DNA of 64,000 nucleotides from an uncultured delta proteobacterium (GCA_963787125.1 CAWBBV010000011.1:32001-96000), one strand, 5' to 3'. Shown: positions 42,564 to 52,788, counted from the stretch's first letter. Numbers and translations are program-made. The notes: generated from the sequence alone by a model not told the origin.

Positions 42564-45440
42564 ATGAAACCAAGATTTTTTCAACGCGGATGTGGCAAAC
42601 AGCTGGCAGTGGCTGTTGTCTGCCTCATCACTGCCCTGGCTGTCTTCACCTCTGCCCAGGCAGCCGCCCCACCAGTAAACACGCCGATCGGCAACGCTTC
42701 CTCGGCCACCTACAACGACGGTTCCGGTACCCGGACCGTCACCTCCAATACGGTTATTACCACCGTCATGCAGGTTGCAGCTCTCGACCTTGTGGCAGCC
42801 CAGACCAAGACTGTCAGCCCCGGCGGCACTCTTTACTTCCCCCACACCCTGACCAACACCGGTAACGGCCCTGACAACTACACCCTGAGCTTTGGCGTTG
42901 CAGGTGGAGGTTTTACGCCAACCAGTATCCAGATCTATCCTGATCTCAACGGTGACGGCCTGCCAGATACCGGCTCAACCCCACTGACTCTCGGGGTTAC
43001 CCCGATACCGCTTGCAGCCGGAGGCGTCTACCGCTTTGTTGTGGTGGAAACTGTGCCGGGCCTTGCAGCCGGAAGCCATGCTGAGACAGTGACCGCCACC
43101 AGCTCTCTACCTGTTGCCGTACCGGGAACAAAGACGGCTTCCAATATCGATACTGCTACGGTCAACGCTAATGCCAATATCGTCATCAACAAGGCGATCA
43201 GCATTGCTTCCGGCCCTCCGGGAACTGCCGGCGTCAAATATACCCTCACCTATACCAATACCGGCAATACCGCAGCTACTGCCCTGACAATCACTGACAC
43301 TGTCAACGCCAATATGGCAATAGTGGCAAACTCCGGCTTGTGGAGCGTAACCGGTGTTACGGCGCTAACCAATGCTACCGGTGACGTTCTTCCTGCGGGT
43401 GGCGATCCCACTATCGACTATTCCGTCACTGGCCAGGTGGTCACGGCAATTGTCTCCAAAGTACTCCCCGGTGAAACGCGTGAGATCACCTTCCTGGTGA
43501 ATGTCATCGCAGCCGCACCGGTAGGAATTATCCCGAACAGTGCCGCCTTTACCTATAATGACGGTACCGGTCCGCTTACCGGTTCCGGCGCCACCAACGT
43601 TGCCAACTTCACCGTTACCCAGGTGCCGGGCGTAGTCGCTACCGACGTCTCGGTAACTCCTGCCGCCAGTTCATCAACCGACGATGACACCCTTGCCAAC
43701 GATATCATCAACAAGGCCGGACCGGTTGATCAGGGGACGACTGTCCCCTTCGATGTGGTCATTGTCAACAGCGGCAACGGCTCAGATACCTTTAACATCA
43801 CGGTAGCCAACACCAATTTCCCTGCCGGCACCACTTTTCAGCTTTTCAAGGCAGACGGCAAAACCCCGCTGACCAATACCAATGTCGGCGACGGCATCCC
43901 CGACACCGGTCCGATGGTAAACGGGACAGCGACCCATATTTTTGTCAAGGCGGTCCTCCCTCCCGGCGCCCCGGCGCTAGCCGGACCGTACACTGCCGTT
44001 GTAACGGCAACCTCGATCCTCGGCACTGCGCTGGGGGGTACACCAACCGACACAACCACCATCAGACTCGGCAGTATTGCTACTGCCACTGTTGATATCA
44101 CCAATACCAACGCTCTCGGAGCGGGCGGCTGTACTGCTCTTGCGGCCAATACCTGCGGTGGCGGGGTTGGTCCTGAAGGGACTGCAGTAACAACCCTCTC
44201 CTTGGTCCCGGGCACTACCCCTTCGGCAGCCACTGCCCTCAGGCTCAAGATCAACAACACCAGCGGCTTCCCGGATAACTACGACCTGGGTGTTTTCAGC
44301 GATGCCGCCGCAACAACAGCACTACCAGTCGGTCTAGTCGTCACTTTCCGGGATGACACCCTTGGCACCTGCTCCGGCAATGTCATCACCAATACCGGCA
44401 CAATCACCAACGGTACCGCCTTCAGTGTCTGCGCCGTGGTCTCGGTACCGTCCACCTTTGCCGCAGCCACCTACCCGCTCTATTTCAAGGCACTCTCACC
44501 GGCAACCGGCGCCCTTGACCGTAAATACGACGCGGTTACCATCACGACAGTTCGTAAACTGGTTGTCTCCCCAAACAGTACCGGCCAGATCTTCCCGGGC
44601 GGGGTTAAATACTATGCCCATACCATTACCAACGCCGGTAACGTGACCGAGGGAGCAGCCTTGCTGGACGTCACCTTGGCAACAACTGACACCAAAACCG
44701 GCTGGACCTCGATACTCTACCCGGATTACAACTGCAACGGCATCCTTGACGCCACTGAAGCCGGTACGGTTATCACTGACCTTCGCAACATGACCAGTCC
44801 GGCCAATGTCCTCATAGCCGGTGCCAGCGCCTGTTTCATCGTCAAGGTGCAGTCCTTTGCCGGCTCCGGTGTTGGTGATACCGATGTCACCAGCATTATA
44901 ACCACTCCGACTGCCACCATTAACGGTATCGCTCCTGGCGCTGTTGTCGTCAACATAGCAACAGACACCACCACCATCATCGGCGGTTCCGTCGTTATGA
45001 CGAAAAAGCAGATCAAGGATGATAACTGCACCAACAACGGCGGTGCAGGCTATGCTTCCACTCTCTACACGAGCGCTACCCAGGCCCAGCTTCCCGGCAT
45101 GTGTGTCCGCTATGAAATTACCGCCCTGAACGTCGGGACTAAAGACGTAACCAACCTTGTTATTAGTGACCAAACTCCACAGGGTACTGTCTATAACGAC
45201 GGTACTGTGGTTGCGGCGAGCGCTCTTTGCACCGCCAACGGCGCGCCTGTAACCGGCTTGGCTCCGGCAAAAGCGGATGCAGCACTACTCAACCCGGCAG
45301 GAGCAGTTGCAGCCGGTAATATTTTAACCGGTGCGAACTGCACGGAAGGGAATCTCTCCTTCACCATCCCGACCCTGACACCAGGACAGTCGGCAGTCAT
45401 GCATTTTGGTGTCTTTATCAAGAATCTGACCGTGAATTAA
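42564..45440 (+). CDS. Exported DUF11/Ig-like repeat protein, putative major fibre subunit
   Basis: Signal peptide AQA|A; Thr/Gly/Asn-rich beta domains with repeated TNTGN..D and LxxG motifs; AGGAGG RBS. Confidence 0.85.
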   Translation: MKPRFFQRGCGKQLAVAVVCLITALAVFTSAQAAAPPVNTPIGNASSATYNDGSGTRTVTSNTVITTVMQVAALDLVAAQTKTVSPGGTLYFPHTLTNTGNGPDNYTLSFGVAGGGFTPTSIQIYPDLNGDGLPDTGSTPLTLGVTPIPLAAGGVYRFVVVETVPGLAAGSHAETVTATSSLPVAVPGTKTASNIDTATVNANANIVINKAISIASGPPGTAGVKYTLTYTNTGNTAATALTITDTVNANMAIVANSGLWSVTGVTALTNATGDVLPAGGDPTIDYSVTGQVVTAIVSKVLPGETREITFLVNVIAAAPVGIIPNSAAFTYNDGTGPLTGSGATNVANFTVTQVPGVVATDVSVTPAASSSTDDDTLANDIINKAGPVDQGTTVPFDVVIVNSGNGSDTFNITVANTNFPAGTTFQLFKADGKTPLTNTNVGDGIPDTGPMVNGTATHIFVKAVLPPGAPALAGPYTAVVTATSILGTALGGTPTDTTTIRLGSIATATVDITNTNALGAGGCTALAANTCGGGVGPEGTAVTTLSLVPGTTPSAATALRLKINNTSGFPDNYDLGVFSDAAATTALPVGLVVTFRDDTLGTCSGNVITNTGTITNGTAFSVCAVVSVPSTFAAATYPLYFKALSPATGALDRKYDAVTITTVRKLVVSPNSTGQIFPGGVKYYAHTITNAGNVTEGAALLDVTLATTDTKTGWTSILYPDYNCNGILDATEAGTVITDLRNMTSPANVLIAGASACFIVKVQSFAGSGVGDTDVTSIITTPTATINGIAPGAVVVNIATDTTTIIGGSVVMTKKQIKDDNCTNNGGAGYASTLYTSATQAQLPGMCVRYEITALNVGTKDVTNLVISDQTPQGTVYNDGTVVAASALCTANGAPVTGLAPAKADAALLNPAGAVAAGNILTGANCTEGNLSFTIPTLTPGQSAVMHFGVFIKNLTVN

Positions 45441-45460
45441 TCAGCAGATCGCAGCAGGAA

Positions 45461-45493
45461 GTGCCCCCTCTCCGCAGTCCGGGGAGGGGGCAC
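45461..45493 (+). promoter_or_regulatory. GC-rich intercistronic hairpin without U tract
   Basis: GTGCCCCCTCTCCG-cagtc-CGGGGAGGGGGCAC. Confidence 0.7.
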
Positions 45494-45588
45494 CCCCTAA
45501 TCTGGTGATGAGACCCGCAATCACGTGCGGGTTTGACCAGCGGATTTGAGGATTTAAAAACACAGGGCAGTGAGGAAATCAACGCCGC

Positions 45589-48500
45589 ATGACGAAGAGC
45601 ACGCACAGCACATACGAATCGGCCACTCACGGTGGACGGTTCTTCCGGAAGGGAACGGAGCCGGCCTTCGCCGGTCGCCGCCGCTTCTGGTGCTGTCTGG
45701 GACTTCTGTTTTTGTTACTTTTGATCAACCTTCCCGCTGCGGCCGCCCCGCCACCGGCAGGCAGCGTCTTTGAAAATCAGGCCAGCGGCAGTTATGTTGA
45801 TGATACCGGCGCGATTATAGTCGTGCAGACAAATGCAGTCAGAACCACTGTGCTCCCCCTTGAGGCGCTGCTGTTGACCAGCGACCAGTACGTTATTCGT
45901 CCCATTGGCTCAACGGTAACGCTCTCACATAAACTGACCAACACCGGCAACATTCTTTCCAGTTACAATCTAACTCTGGAGAACCTTGCGGGTGATGACT
46001 TTGATTTGACAGGACTGGCTCTTTACCTGGATGCTAACAGTAATGGCCTTATCGATCCGGGGGAAAAGCTGCTTACCCCGGCTGACATAATTAATCTCAA
46101 TCCGAAAGAGAGTGTCTTCATTATCGCTTTCGGGATAATACCGGCAGCGGCCCTTGACGCAACTTCCGCCCAGTTGCAGATAAAGGCAAAGACGATCCTC
46201 CAGGGGCTTTCAACCACTAACCGGGACGTTATCGGGGTTATGAACAGTGCCAGCCTCGAACTCCGCAAGAGCGCCTCGCTGACCAACCCCTCTCCGGGAG
46301 ACGAAGTGTTGTTCAGCGTCACCACTTTCAATAAAGGGGGCGGCGAAGCCTTACCGATCAAAACTATAAAGACTGCGCCTCTTTATATAGACGGCAAAAC
46401 GGCAGAAGCAGTTCTCATCCAGGATATTATCCCGGCAAACAGCTCGTATGTGCCAGGATCGCTGCGCAGTTTTACTGCCGACAAACCTCTTTATCACCGC
46501 AGTGGTGACCCTGCAGGTTCTTATGTAAGCAGTGAACCGGACAGTGTCGACGCAGTTGCCTGCGCGGTTGCCAAAATCGGCCCAGAAGGGCATAATCATC
46601 TGGAGTTCAAGGCTAAGATTCATCCGAATGCTGCCGGTTTCATCGTCAATACCGCCCAAGCCTTCTACGATAACGGCCTGGCCATCGGCACCGTTGAAAG
46701 CAGATCAAATACAGTCACTCTCCCGCTGCCACAGGCCGCGCCAAAAATCGATTATTTCAAAAACAACCAGTTTGACACGCTGACTCATGTCTCCCACCTT
46801 GGAGCGCCACTCTACGTTCAGGCCGATGCAGTCAGATGCAATGCGGATCCCCAAAAAATAGAGGAGCGCCCCATCACCATTACCTCCTCACTTACCGGTG
46901 ACAGCGAAACTTTTATCGGGATCGAAAGCGGCCCCAATACCGGTCTGTTCCGTATTCTGCCCTCCGTTGAGACTCGCGATGCCAAGAGCTATGTCGTTTC
47001 ACGAGGAAATGGCATCCTCGAAGTCCTCAGCAACGATAAACTTATTGCCAGTATCGAAGGCTGCGGCTCAGGTAAAGCCTTCAGCGAACTGCTTATCGAC
47101 CCGGCCGGGGTCGTTTTTAACAGCTCCAGCAATGAGCCTGTGGCTAAAGCCAAAGTTACCCTCATTGACGTTACCGGTGCCTGTAACGGCAACAATCCCG
47201 GCGGGCCGGCCAAGGTTCTGGATATTGATGGTGTAACCATCCTGCCGGCTGAAATTACCACCGGCAGCGATGGTCAGTTCAACTATCCGCTGGTGTCTGC
47301 CTGCATTTATCGCCTGGATGTCATTGCGCCGAACGGCTTCAAGTTCCCTTCACAAGTTCCTGTGCACCTGTTGCCACCGGGAAGAAATGCCATGGTAGCA
47401 GCTTCCTACGGTGCATCCTTCCCGGTAAGCGCTGAAACCGGTGCGATCCGGATAGACATCCCTCTTGATCCGGACGCAGCAAATGGACTCTTCATTGAAA
47501 AAACTTCTTCAGTTCTGGTAGCCGGATTAGGTGATTTCATTGACTATACAATCAAAATCAAAAACCTGAGCGGTATTACCATGAAACAGCTGGTACTTAC
47601 AGACACACTGCCGTTCGGTTTCAGCTACGTAACTGGCAGCACACGTTTCGACGGGACTGCTCATGCCGACCCGGAGGGGGGCCACGGACCGTCACTGACC
47701 TATCGCCTCCCCGACCTCCTCGACGGCAAGTCCGCCTTAATGACTTATCGGGTCAAGATCGGGGCGGCGGCCCTCCAGGGTGACGGTATCAACAGGGCCC
47801 AGGCGACGGCGGCCAAAGGTACCAGGTCGAATCAGGCTACCGCCCAGGTCAAGGTGGTTGGCGGAGTTTTCAGCGATAAAGGCTTCATCATCGGCAAAAT
47901 CTTTACTGACTGTAACCGTAACCGTATTCAGGATGACGAGGAGCCTGGCATTCCCGGAATTCGGCTTTATCTGGAAGACGGCACTTTCGTAATCAGTGAC
48001 AGTGAGGGCAAATTCAGCTTCTACGGTGTTTCGCCCCGAACCCATGTGCTAAAACTTGACACTACAACCCTGCCGGAAGGTGCCGAGCTCATAGATCTGT
48101 CAAACCGCAATGCCGCCGATGCCGGGAGCCGCTTCATCGACTTGAAAAATGGCGAAATCCATAAAGCAAATTTTGCTGAAGGCTCTTGCAATGCTACGGT
48201 CATGAAAGAGGTGAAGTTGCGCCGGGCACAGGGGGAAATTTTCGTTGCGGAGACAGAACTGCGGGTGAGAGACAGGTTTACCTTTGACACACCAGCTGTT
48301 TTAACAGCTGACACCAGAGCTAATCCTCCCAGCGGGATTATCGGTACCGAAGCGAAAATACCCACCTTCACCCCCCTCCCATCAGCGGCGACGAGCACGG
48401 CAAATCTGAAGCAACCGGACTCTGTACCGCTGCAAGAGTCAACACTTCAGCTCAAAGGACTTGAGGATCTGCTTATCGGCAAGGATAATAGTGCTGATGT

Positions 48501-51500
48501 GTTGAATTTGTCTGAGGGGACTGTTCTCCCCTCCAGACAGAGTAATATAGTAATCAAGGGCAAGCTCGGCAGCAGTTTCAGGTTGACCGTCAATGGGACG
48601 GAGGTTCCCGAAACCAGGATCGGTAAAAAAATAAGTGATAACGAACGACAGCTCGAAGGGCGAGAGTATATCGGCGTTGAGATGCTTGCCGGTAACAATG
48701 TGCTCGAACTGAGCCAACTCGATCCGTTTGGTAATGTTCGCGAGAAAAAGACCTTGACGGTCATTGCTCCGGACGAACTGCAAAGAATCATTCTTGAGAT
48801 TGGCGACCAGAACATCCCGGCAGACGGGCATTCCCAGATAAAGGTGAAAGTGCGGCTTGTGGATGAACGCGGAGTGGCAGTTGCTGCCCGCACTCAACTT
48901 ACTCTGGAGAGCAGTCTGGGTCGCTGGCAGGTAACCGACCTCAACACCGTTGAACCGGGAGTCCAGGTTTTCATCGAAGGGGGGAGTGCCGAATTCCTGC
49001 TGATCCCGCCGCAACAACCCGGCGAGGCGGTAGTGCGGGTTTCGTCGGGAGTGTTGACCTCTGAAACCAAACTGTTTTTTGTTCCCGAGCTGCGGCCTAT
49101 AATCGCAACCGGTCTGATTGAGGGCACCATTAACCTGCAGGGAAAGAGCCTCTCGGGAATGCTCCCCGCCCATTCAAGAGACGGCTTCGACCAGGAACTG
49201 CGTGAATTCTCAGTCAGTGCTGACAATGGAAAGTTTCAGGCAGCAGGTCGCACCGCTTTCTTTCTAAAAGGGAAAGTTGCGGGCGACTATCTTCTGACAC
49301 TTGCCTATGACTCCGATAAGGAAACCAAAGAGAGACTTTTCCGGGACATTCAACCGGATGAGTTCTATCCGGTTTATGGCGACTCTTCTGTCAGGGGATA
49401 TGATGCCCAATCTACCAGCAAGCTCTATGTCCGGGTCGACAAAAACAGATCATATCTGCTTTATGGTGATTTTGTTACCCCGCAAGGGAACGAGTCCCGT
49501 ACCCTTGGGTCATATAACCGCAGCCTCACCGGCATAAAGGGGCATTACGAGAACAACAAGGTTAATGTGAATGCTTTTGCCAGCGAAGACAGCACCAGGC
49601 AGAATATAGACGAAGTTCCCGCTAAGGGGACTTCCGGCCCCTATGGCCTGAGCAATGGCGGCATTGTTGTCAACAGCGAGCAGGTGGCAATTATTACCCG
49701 CGATCGCAATCAGCCGTCACTAATTCTAAAAACAGAACCACAGGTGCGGTTCGTCGATTACGAGATAGATGCTGTCAGCGGTCAGATCATTTTCAAGGCA
49801 CCGGTGGCAACATACAACTCTGCCATGAATCCACAGTCAATCAGAGTCATCTACGAAGTGTATCAGGGCGGCGATAAGTTCTGGGTCGCCGGCGCAGATG
49901 CCCAGGTTAAGTTGCTCAATCGATGGGAAGTTGGCGGAGCCTACATCAGGGATGAAAATCCTGTTGACCATGCAACCCTGTCAAGTGTCAACTCTACGGT
50001 AAAACTGACTGACAAGACATTCCTCATCGGCGAATGGGCAGCCATGACAAAAGACTCTACCGGCAGCGGCGAAGCACAAAGACTGGAACTCCGCCATGAA
50101 GACAACGCTCTCAAAGCCAAAGTTCAGCTGCTTCGTGCCGATCATGGTTTTGATAACCCAACAGCCGGCATTGGCAGGGGACGATTGGAAGCCAATGCCA
50201 ATCTTGACTATAAAGTTCGTAACGGCACCCTTTTTCATGCCGAGGCACTGCACAGTGAAGATCTGATAAATAACGGCACTCGCGACGGGTTGCTCTTCGG
50301 CCTGCAGCAGTCTTTTGGCAAAGCAGCTACCGCAGAACTTGGCATGCGCTTCAGCAAGGAGACAACAGCCCCTTCACAGATTGGCAGCATCGGCGTGACG
50401 CCACTGGAGCTGACCACTGTCCGCGCCAAATTGAGCAGTCAACTGCCGCAGTTTCCAAAAGTGAGCCTGTTCGGCGAATACGAGCAGTCAGTGAACAATA
50501 TTGACCGACAGATGGCGTCAGTCGGGGGTGACTATCGCTTCTCTGAAAAAGGGCGTCTCTATATGCGGCACCAGTTTATCTCCAGCCTTACCGGGCCATT
50601 CGGTCTTAACGGCAGCCAGCAACAGAATACTTCGCTGGTAGGTGTGGACAGCGAATATATGAAAGATGGCAACGTATTCAGCGAGTATCGGGTCAGGGAT
50701 GCCGTCGCCGGTCGAGATTCGGAGGCAGCAATAGGCCTTCGTAACGGCTGGAATATTGCAAAAGGAGTTCGTCTCAATACCACCTTCGAACGGATTGAAT
50801 CCCTTAGCGGCAAGACCGACACTACTGCCACAGCTGTTACCGGTGCCGTTGAATACCTGCCAAACCCTCTCTGGAAGGGGAGTGCCCGCCTTGAGTTCCG
50901 TTTTGCCAGCAGTAGTAACACCACCCTTGCCACACTCGGTGTGGCTCATAAACTGAATCGCAATATTACCCTTCTTGGTCGCAACATCCTGAGCCTGACA
51001 GACAACAAAGGTGCCGTTGGTGATAAGCTCCAACAACGATTACAGGCCGGATTTGCCTATCGGCCAACTGATACCGACACCTGGAACGTTCTCAGTAAGT
51101 ACGAATTCAGGCTTGAGGATGACAAAAGTCTGGCGCTTGCGTCCAACAACAGGGTAGTTCATATAATTTCCAGCCATTTGAACTATCAGCCCCAAAAGTC
51201 TTTTACCCTAAGCGGCCTATACGCCGGCAAGTACGTTGCCTATGATGCGAACAGTCTGTCGAGCAGCACGAATACCCACATGCTGCGCAGTCGACTTTTC
51301 TATGACCTCACCAACTCCTGGGATCTTGGTCTGAATGGCGGTGTCCTGTTCAATGGTTTTTTCAATACTGCCCTTTATGGAGTCGGTACTGAAGTCGGCT
51401 ATCTAGTGGCTGCCAATCTCTGGATCTCGACCGGTTACAATTTTTTCGGCTACAATGACAAAGACCTTTCTGCTGAGGAATACACTAATCATGGAGTTTA

Positions 51501-51621
51501 TGTAAGGCTCCGCTTCAAATTTGACGAGGATCTATTCTCCGGCAACGATGCAGGGAAAAACAAGACACTTGCACCAGTGACGCCAATAACCCCTACTGAG
51601 AATCGCAGGGCAGGGCAATAG
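45589..51621 (+). CDS. Large outer-membrane protein: DUF11 and SdrD-B-like domains plus predicted C-terminal beta-barrel
   Basis: DUF11 motifs (LELRK..PGDEV; LFIEK..GDFIDYTI); GKIFTDCNRNRIQD; long run of amphipathic strands ending GVYVRLRFKF. Confidence 0.8.
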   Translation: MTKSTHSTYESATHGGRFFRKGTEPAFAGRRRFWCCLGLLFLLLLINLPAAAAPPPAGSVFENQASGSYVDDTGAIIVVQTNAVRTTVLPLEALLLTSDQYVIRPIGSTVTLSHKLTNTGNILSSYNLTLENLAGDDFDLTGLALYLDANSNGLIDPGEKLLTPADIINLNPKESVFIIAFGIIPAAALDATSAQLQIKAKTILQGLSTTNRDVIGVMNSASLELRKSASLTNPSPGDEVLFSVTTFNKGGGEALPIKTIKTAPLYIDGKTAEAVLIQDIIPANSSYVPGSLRSFTADKPLYHRSGDPAGSYVSSEPDSVDAVACAVAKIGPEGHNHLEFKAKIHPNAAGFIVNTAQAFYDNGLAIGTVESRSNTVTLPLPQAAPKIDYFKNNQFDTLTHVSHLGAPLYVQADAVRCNADPQKIEERPITITSSLTGDSETFIGIESGPNTGLFRILPSVETRDAKSYVVSRGNGILEVLSNDKLIASIEGCGSGKAFSELLIDPAGVVFNSSSNEPVAKAKVTLIDVTGACNGNNPGGPAKVLDIDGVTILPAEITTGSDGQFNYPLVSACIYRLDVIAPNGFKFPSQVPVHLLPPGRNAMVAASYGASFPVSAETGAIRIDIPLDPDAANGLFIEKTSSVLVAGLGDFIDYTIKIKNLSGITMKQLVLTDTLPFGFSYVTGSTRFDGTAHADPEGGHGPSLTYRLPDLLDGKSALMTYRVKIGAAALQGDGINRAQATAAKGTRSNQATAQVKVVGGVFSDKGFIIGKIFTDCNRNRIQDDEEPGIPGIRLYLEDGTFVISDSEGKFSFYGVSPRTHVLKLDTTTLPEGAELIDLSNRNAADAGSRFIDLKNGEIHKANFAEGSCNATVMKEVKLRRAQGEIFVAETELRVRDRFTFDTPAVLTADTRANPPSGIIGTEAKIPTFTPLPSAATSTANLKQPDSVPLQESTLQLKGLEDLLIGKDNSADVLNLSEGTVLPSRQSNIVIKGKLGSSFRLTVNGTEVPETRIGKKISDNERQLEGREYIGVEMLAGNNVLELSQLDPFGNVREKKTLTVIAPDELQRIILEIGDQNIPADGHSQIKVKVRLVDERGVAVAARTQLTLESSLGRWQVTDLNTVEPGVQVFIEGGSAEFLLIPPQQPGEAVVRVSSGVLTSETKLFFVPELRPIIATGLIEGTINLQGKSLSGMLPAHSRDGFDQELREFSVSADNGKFQAAGRTAFFLKGKVAGDYLLTLAYDSDKETKERLFRDIQPDEFYPVYGDSSVRGYDAQSTSKLYVRVDKNRSYLLYGDFVTPQGNESRTLGSYNRSLTGIKGHYENNKVNVNAFASEDSTRQNIDEVPAKGTSGPYGLSNGGIVVNSEQVAIITRDRNQPSLILKTEPQVRFVDYEIDAVSGQIIFKAPVATYNSAMNPQSIRVIYEVYQGGDKFWVAGADAQVKLLNRWEVGGAYIRDENPVDHATLSSVNSTVKLTDKTFLIGEWAAMTKDSTGSGEAQRLELRHEDNALKAKVQLLRADHGFDNPTAGIGRGRLEANANLDYKVRNGTLFHAEALHSEDLINNGTRDGLLFGLQQSFGKAATAELGMRFSKETTAPSQIGSIGVTPLELTTVRAKLSSQLPQFPKVSLFGEYEQSVNNIDRQMASVGGDYRFSEKGRLYMRHQFISSLTGPFGLNGSQQQNTSLVGVDSEYMKDGNVFSEYRVRDAVAGRDSEAAIGLRNGWNIAKGVRLNTTFERIESLSGKTDTTATAVTGAVEYLPNPLWKGSARLEFRFASSSNTTLATLGVAHKLNRNITLLGRNILSLTDNKGAVGDKLQQRLQAGFAYRPTDTDTWNVLSKYEFRLEDDKSLALASNNRVVHIISSHLNYQPQKSFTLSGLYAGKYVAYDANSLSSSTNTHMLRSRLFYDLTNSWDLGLNGGVLFNGFFNTALYGVGTEVGYLVAANLWISTGYNFFGYNDKDLSAEEYTNHGVYVRLRFKFDEDLFSGNDAGKNKTLAPVTPITPTENRRAGQ

Positions 51622-51654
51622 TAACAAAGCCGAATTTATAGAGGAATATCAATC

Positions 51655-52788
51655 ATGAAAAAAATCGGGTTTCTTGTAATCATACTACTCGTGATTTTTG
51701 TTTCAGGCACTGCCATGGCAGAGTTGCTGCATTCTGAGGAAAAAAGAATCACTGATGAAGCCATTGCCGCTGACTTGAAAACCATGGACTGGCTACAGGA
51801 ACGTCTTGCTGAACTTAACCGCAAGGGTGTGCCGATAGCCTCGTATCAATTTGCCAAAGCCCAGGCCTGGATCGATTTTGCCCGCGACGAATACACGGAA
51901 AATGACCGTTCCGTTGTCTGTGAAGAAGCGTTGAAGCAGTCGGTCGGAATCATTGCCCAGCTGGAAGCGGAGAAGAAAGATATCAGTATGAGTACCCCGA
52001 TTATTCCGACCAGTAGCGTCGTTCGTAAAGACCTGTGGGAGCTGGCCGAACGCTTGAAACTTCATCCTGGTTTCCATTGTGGTGAAGACCGGGTGGCACA
52101 ATTTGAAGTGCAGCTGGTCTGGTCGGGTCATGAAGAGAGTGAATTCGGCTGGCGCCACTCCAAACCCTACCTTCAGGCAGCTGAACGTTTGGCCCGGGAA
52201 GCGGTTGATCTGATCAATGCCTGCGTCAAACCGCCGGTTCCGGCTCCGGCTCCGGCTTGTCAAGGGTGTCCGAGTTGTCAGGTATGTCTGCCACCGGTTG
52301 CGGTCCTGCCATTGCAACTACCTGCGGCTGAATTGACGGGGACAAAACAGTTGGGTGCTTCGTCCGGGGCCGAACGTGCCAATACGCCGGTTATTGCACT
52401 GCCGGATGCGATCCATTTTGCCCTTGATCGGGCAGATATAGGCATCTTCAGCGTTCCAGTCCTCCAACAGATTGTTGCCGCTTTGCACGAATACCCGCAG
52501 TTGAAAATAGAGCTGGGCGGTCACACCGATATAAGAGGGACAACCGATTATAATAAGGATCTTTCCGCCAGACGCGCCGCGAGTATCAATAACTACTTGC
52601 TGGCTGCCGGAATTGACAGCTCAAGAATCAGTATTCGCAGTTACGGCAAAAGCAGGCCAAAATCTCCGCAAAAAGGGATCAGGGATTACGCCCAAAACCG
52701 GCGGGTGGAGCTAAACTACACCGGCATTGACAACCTGCAGGTCTACCAGCAGGAAAATGATCTGCAACTGGAAAAGAGCGGACATTAA
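51655..52788 (+). CDS. Exported protein with OmpA-like peptidoglycan-binding domain
   Basis: IHFALD, GHTDIRG..YNKDLSARRA, YGKSRP, NRRVE. Confidence 0.9.
   Translation: MKKIGFLVIILLVIFVSGTAMAELLHSEEKRITDEAIAADLKTMDWLQERLAELNRKGVPIASYQFAKAQAWIDFARDEYTENDRSVVCEEALKQSVGIIAQLEAEKKDISMSTPIIPTSSVVRKDLWELAERLKLHPGFHCGEDRVAQFEVQLVWSGHEESEFGWRHSKPYLQAAERLAREAVDLINACVKPPVPAPAPACQGCPSCQVCLPPVAVLPLQLPAAELTGTKQLGASSGAERANTPVIALPDAIHFALDRADIGIFSVPVLQQIVAALHEYPQLKIELGGHTDIRGTTDYNKDLSARRAASINNYLLAAGIDSSRISIRSYGKSRPKSPQKGIRDYAQNRRVELNYTGIDNLQVYQQENDLQLEKSGH

Noticed and set aside
45673..45690. Twin-arginine (Tat) signal in the 2010-aa protein (GRRRFW)
   Set aside because: Poor match to S/T-RRxFLK, uncertain start codon, and beta-barrel proteins normally use Sec.
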